IMG/VR virus record: IMGVR_UViG_3300045988_174813 | Strand: one strand, 5' to 3' | DNA length: 64,000 nt | Origin: a virus | Shown: piece by piece, positions 60,853 to 64,000 of the stretch | Layout of the letters: every line of letters starts with the position of its first letter | Numbering within the stretch: the first letter of the stretch is position 1 | The notes under the pieces: generated by a model | What the model saw: the letters and a program-made list of their open reading frames with translations, nothing else | Databases searched by the model: none | What the model was told of the DNA's origin: nothing | Made by a program: the position numbers and the translations under genes

Positions 60853-62718
60853 TTATTCCCTTATTGTAGAAAAATCAATATTCTCAAAAATAAAATCATG
60901 CTTAGGTTCACTATCTTTACTCATAAGAGTCGTAAGCAAAGGCAAACTATCATCATCAGGTCTAAGTATATCAAGCTTTTGATATGCTGGGTCAAACATT
61001 GATTTTCGCGCTTGTTCTGCACTCAAGGAACCGAGTCCCTTATTTCTTTGCACTTCCCCTTTCACTAGACCTTTTGCTTTTGCTCGCGCGAGTTCTGCAT
61101 CACTATAATAATAGGTTTCAGTCTTACCATTAGTTGTAATATGGAGGGGCGAACGAAGCCAGCAAAGTCTACCCTCCTCGATGAACTGTGGAGCAAACTT
61201 ATAAATTGCACACATAATAAGAAGTCCAATAGCAAAACCATCACTATCAGTATCACTACATATTCCAATACGTCCATAACGAAGCTTTTTACTATCATAC
61301 TTTCCTGGCACAATATTCATCGCACTAAGTAAGAGTTTGATTTCTTCGTTTTGATAGATTTTTTCGTCATCGTTAGAAAAAGTATTTATTGGTTTTCCGC
61401 GTAAGGCTAAAATGCCCCATTTAGTGGCATCACGCGCCTGAGCAATACTGGATGCCGCGGAAAGACCTTCCACGAGAAGAAGAGTGGCATCCTGGCCGAG
61501 AAATTCTGCATCTTTGAGCTTATCACTGGCGAAGACCTTCCGCTTTTGGTTTTTTTCAATATCTTTGGACGCTTCGAGAACTTGTTTACGTGCGCGTTCT
61601 GCGGCAACCTCAGCTTTCAACTCTTTCCCAAGAAGCTCTACTATTTTCCCAAACTCGTCTTTGTGCTCAATTTCAAAACGTTCAAGCATTTTAGTGGTCA
61701 CACGCTGGCATATACCGCGAAGTGAAGGAGAAACACATTTGGTTTTTGTTTGGTTGGAATATTGAGGATTAGGCAACTTACAAGAAACTGCATAATAAAG
61801 TCCACGTCTGTAAACGTCAGAATTATCGACATCTTTCAATCTCTTTTTGAAGAAATTTGTAAGTGCAGTTTTGATTCCAGTGATATGAGTTCCGCCATCA
61901 ATATTTTCAAGACCATTAGCAAAAGCATGGGCTTCTTCTTTTCGCGAGCTAGTCCAAGCCATTACAATTTCGACTTCGGTATCTTCTTCTTTTATTTCAA
62001 TATGAAGTGGAGTCCTATGAATAAGCTTTCCACCTTCATCTTTGAGTAAGTCAACTAAACCATCTTTAGACAAGTATTTTACTTTTTCGTTAGTAATATG
62101 ATTTACTAATACAAAGGTCAAACCCTTGCAAAGATATGACCAATCTCGGCACATCTTCTTTACTTCTTCAAAGTCAATGTTGATAGGTTCAATTTTATAG
62201 ACTTCTTGAGAAGGAATAAATTCCACATAAGTGCCTGATTTTGGGTCTTTAGATGTAGTTGCGCGCACGGTCAATGAAGTTTTTATCCCATCTTTCAACT
62301 CAAGAGTAGCACATTGCCCGTCACGAAAACTTTGTGCCTTGAAATAAGACGAAGAAAGGGCTGTGCCTTTTGCCCCTATGCCATTGAGTCCTGCCACATT
62401 TTGATAAACTTTTTCATTGAATTTACCGCCTGAATGGGGGAGCATAAAAATGGCTTCCATAGCATCAGTTCCATCATCACGTGTGCCAAAGGGAACCCCT
62501 CGCGCTCTATCTGCTATAGTAATTCGATTTCCTTCATATAAATCTACATAGATTTCATTACCATAACCCATAGTATATTCATCAATGGAGTTCGTGATAA
62601 TTTCTCGAATAGCTTGAAGTACTCCTTGATTATCGGCACTACCGAGATACATTGCAATTTTAGTTCTTATTGCAGTTCTAAAATCAAGCGTTTCAATATC
62701 ATTCGCATTATAATTCAT
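60853..62718 (-). CDS. gyrB: type IIA topoisomerase subunit B (GyrB/ParE-like), 621 aa, no TAG
   Basis: GHKL ATPase motifs (EIITNSIDE, GLNGIGAKG), Toprim (LLVEGLSAA, CSDTDSDG). Confidence 0.85.
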   Translation of the reverse strand: MNYNANDIETLDFRTAIRTKIAMYLGSADNQGVLQAIREIITNSIDEYTMGYGNEIYVDLYEGNRITIADRARGVPFGTRDDGTDAMEAIFMLPHSGGKFNEKVYQNVAGLNGIGAKGTALSSSYFKAQSFRDGQCATLELKDGIKTSLTVRATTSKDPKSGTYVEFIPSQEVYKIEPINIDFEEVKKMCRDWSYLCKGLTFVLVNHITNEKVKYLSKDGLVDLLKDEGGKLIHRTPLHIEIKEEDTEVEIVMAWTSSRKEEAHAFANGLENIDGGTHITGIKTALTNFFKKRLKDVDNSDVYRRGLYYAVSCKLPNPQYSNQTKTKCVSPSLRGICQRVTTKMLERFEIEHKDEFGKIVELLGKELKAEVAAERARKQVLEASKDIEKNQKRKVFASDKLKDAEFLGQDATLLLVEGLSAASSIAQARDATKWGILALRGKPINTFSNDDEKIYQNEEIKLLLSAMNIVPGKYDSKKLRYGRIGICSDTDSDGFAIGLLIMCAIYKFAPQFIEEGRLCWLRSPLHITTNGKTETYYYSDAELARAKAKGLVKGEVQRNKGLGSLSAEQARKSMFDPAYQKLDILRPDDDSLPLLTTLMSKDSEPKHDFIFENIDFSTIRE

Positions 62719-62751
62719 CCACTCACCATCCTTTCATATCTTATTTCCATT

Positions 62752-63837
62752 TTACCACTTCATCAATCCATCATCAAATTTTGGCTTTTTTACTTTTGGC
62801 TTTCTTGTTTTTCTTGGCGCGCCCATCCACAAAAGCCCATCCATTGCGCGTGTCGCGGCGACATAAGCAATACACTTCTCTTCGACGCCAGATGCGCGCA
62901 GGCCAGTAGCAATACAATATTTCCATTCGAGTCCTTTCGATGCGTGGATAGTAAGTACCTTCACTGTATTTGCTTTCATTTTTTGAGTAAGTTCTTCTTT
63001 TGTAAGATCAGATTGTTTGAACGTATCAAATGGAATATCTGCCCCGCGCAGAATATTACAAATCATTTCCACTTGTTCATTAGTTCGCGCAAGAATAGCC
63101 CAATCACGCCATTCACCAGCAGACTTTAGGAAAACAATAATCTGTTCCGGCGAATACTCCAAAAACTTTACTCGTCCGCCCTTGCCCCTCATTGCTATTG
63201 AAGTATCAGGCGGAGAAGCTTCGGAAAGAAGCGTTCGCGCGAAATCCAATATTTCACTATGATTTCGATAGTTTTCATTCAGCTCAAATACAGTTGCACC
63301 CATTTTTTGTTTATATTGCTCCAACAATTCGGGGCGCGCGCCAGCCCAACGATAGATTGACTGACGAGTATCATACATAATAAAATATTCTCGCGCACGG
63401 AGTATATCAAACATAAACTCTAATTGTGTCTTGCTGCTGTCCTGTGTTTCATCACAAAGACAGATATCAATTACCGGAGGATTTGGCGCGATATATTGTT
63501 TCGCAAGCTCAAACAGCTTATCAAACTCTTCATCTTCTATTGCTTTTTTTGCGGCCTTGACGCCACGCATGGCAAGAAGTTTTGCGCAATAAGAGTGAAT
63601 TGTGCCGATAAATACTTGCTCATTATTTTTCAAACCAAGTCGCTGACGCATTTCTTCTGCGGCCATATTTGTGAAAGTAAAGGCAACAGTGATTTTACTC
63701 TCATGCACTGAGCGTCGAACTTTTTCACAAAGCACCTGAGTTTTTCCTACTGCACAAGAAGCTTCAATAAATTGGATGGGCTCGCGCGCAGAAAGAATTT
63801 CCTCCTACTTTTCACTTAGTTCAATATATTCACTCAT
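62752..63837 (-). CDS. UvrD/PcrA-like SF1 helicase (short), 361 aa with TAG at codon 11
   Basis: GGAGG SD plus ATG at 63837. MSEYIELSEK[TAG]EEILSA..ASCAVGKTQ (Q-motif and P-loop), in frame with track ORF 62752-63735 (..TFTNMAAEEM.., ..VLTIHASKGLEW..). Confidence 0.7.
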
Positions 63838-64000
63838 CTTCTACCTCCACAATACATAGGTTATTATTCTTCATAGGAATAGCACGAAAGCTAATATTTG
63901 TGTTGAGAGTTTGATTTGAACACATTTGCCACAAACCATAACCGCCATAGACGGTCGTATAATCAGTACTAAAATTTATAGACATAGCATCTAAATAAGG
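63830..64000 (-). CDS. 3' end of an upstream gene (partial, runs off the window)
   Basis: Frame open from 64000 to the TGA at 63830-63832, overlapping the helicase start (ATGAGTGA). Confidence 0.4.
   Translation of the reverse strand, partial: PYLDAMSINFSTDYTTVYGGYGLWQMCSNQTLNTNISFRAIPMKNNNLCIVEVEDE

Overview
This window is a 64-kb stretch of a tailed dsDNA phage. It looks siphovirus-like, and TTGACA / TGnTATAAT promoters plus AGGAGG ribosome-binding sites suggest a low-GC Gram-positive host. It has three blocks. (1) 0.4-12.4 kb, minus strand: about 30 very small early genes. Nearly every one is a self-contained cassette [21-bp perfect palindrome TCTAACCTA-N3-TAGGTTAGA | sigma70-type promoter | strong SD | ORF]. 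The block is flanked by repeat-dense non-coding hubs: an iteron array at 1.09-1.39 kb beside a winged-helix gene, and 10.35-10.93 kb with a promoter-driven ORF-less transcript. (2) 13.0-40.1 kb, plus strand: a packaging/head/tail operon (TerL, portal, scaffold, MCP, tail tube, 2352-codon tape measure, Dit, Tal). It is unreadable in the standard code and becomes complete only if TAG is a sense codon, best fit Gln (code-15-like). (3) 40.1-64 kb, minus strand: a replication/nucleotide module (RuvC-like, dUTPase, DnaE, NrdJ split by a group I intron carrying a GIY-YIG homing endonuclease, RecJ, DnaG, DnaB, AAA ATPase, SSB-like, type IIA topoisomerase B/A, UvrD-like). The large core enzymes have no TAG, but RuvC, RecJ, DnaB, SSB, UvrD and the intron endonuclease carry 1-5 in-frame TAG. 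The early genes contain no in-frame TAG. I recognised no tRNA, release factor, integrase, lysis cassette or CRISPR array, so the recoding machinery must lie elsewhere. Coordinates of TAG-containing genes were derived by hand (frame arithmetic against the supplied ORF track) and need confirmation with a table-15 gene call.
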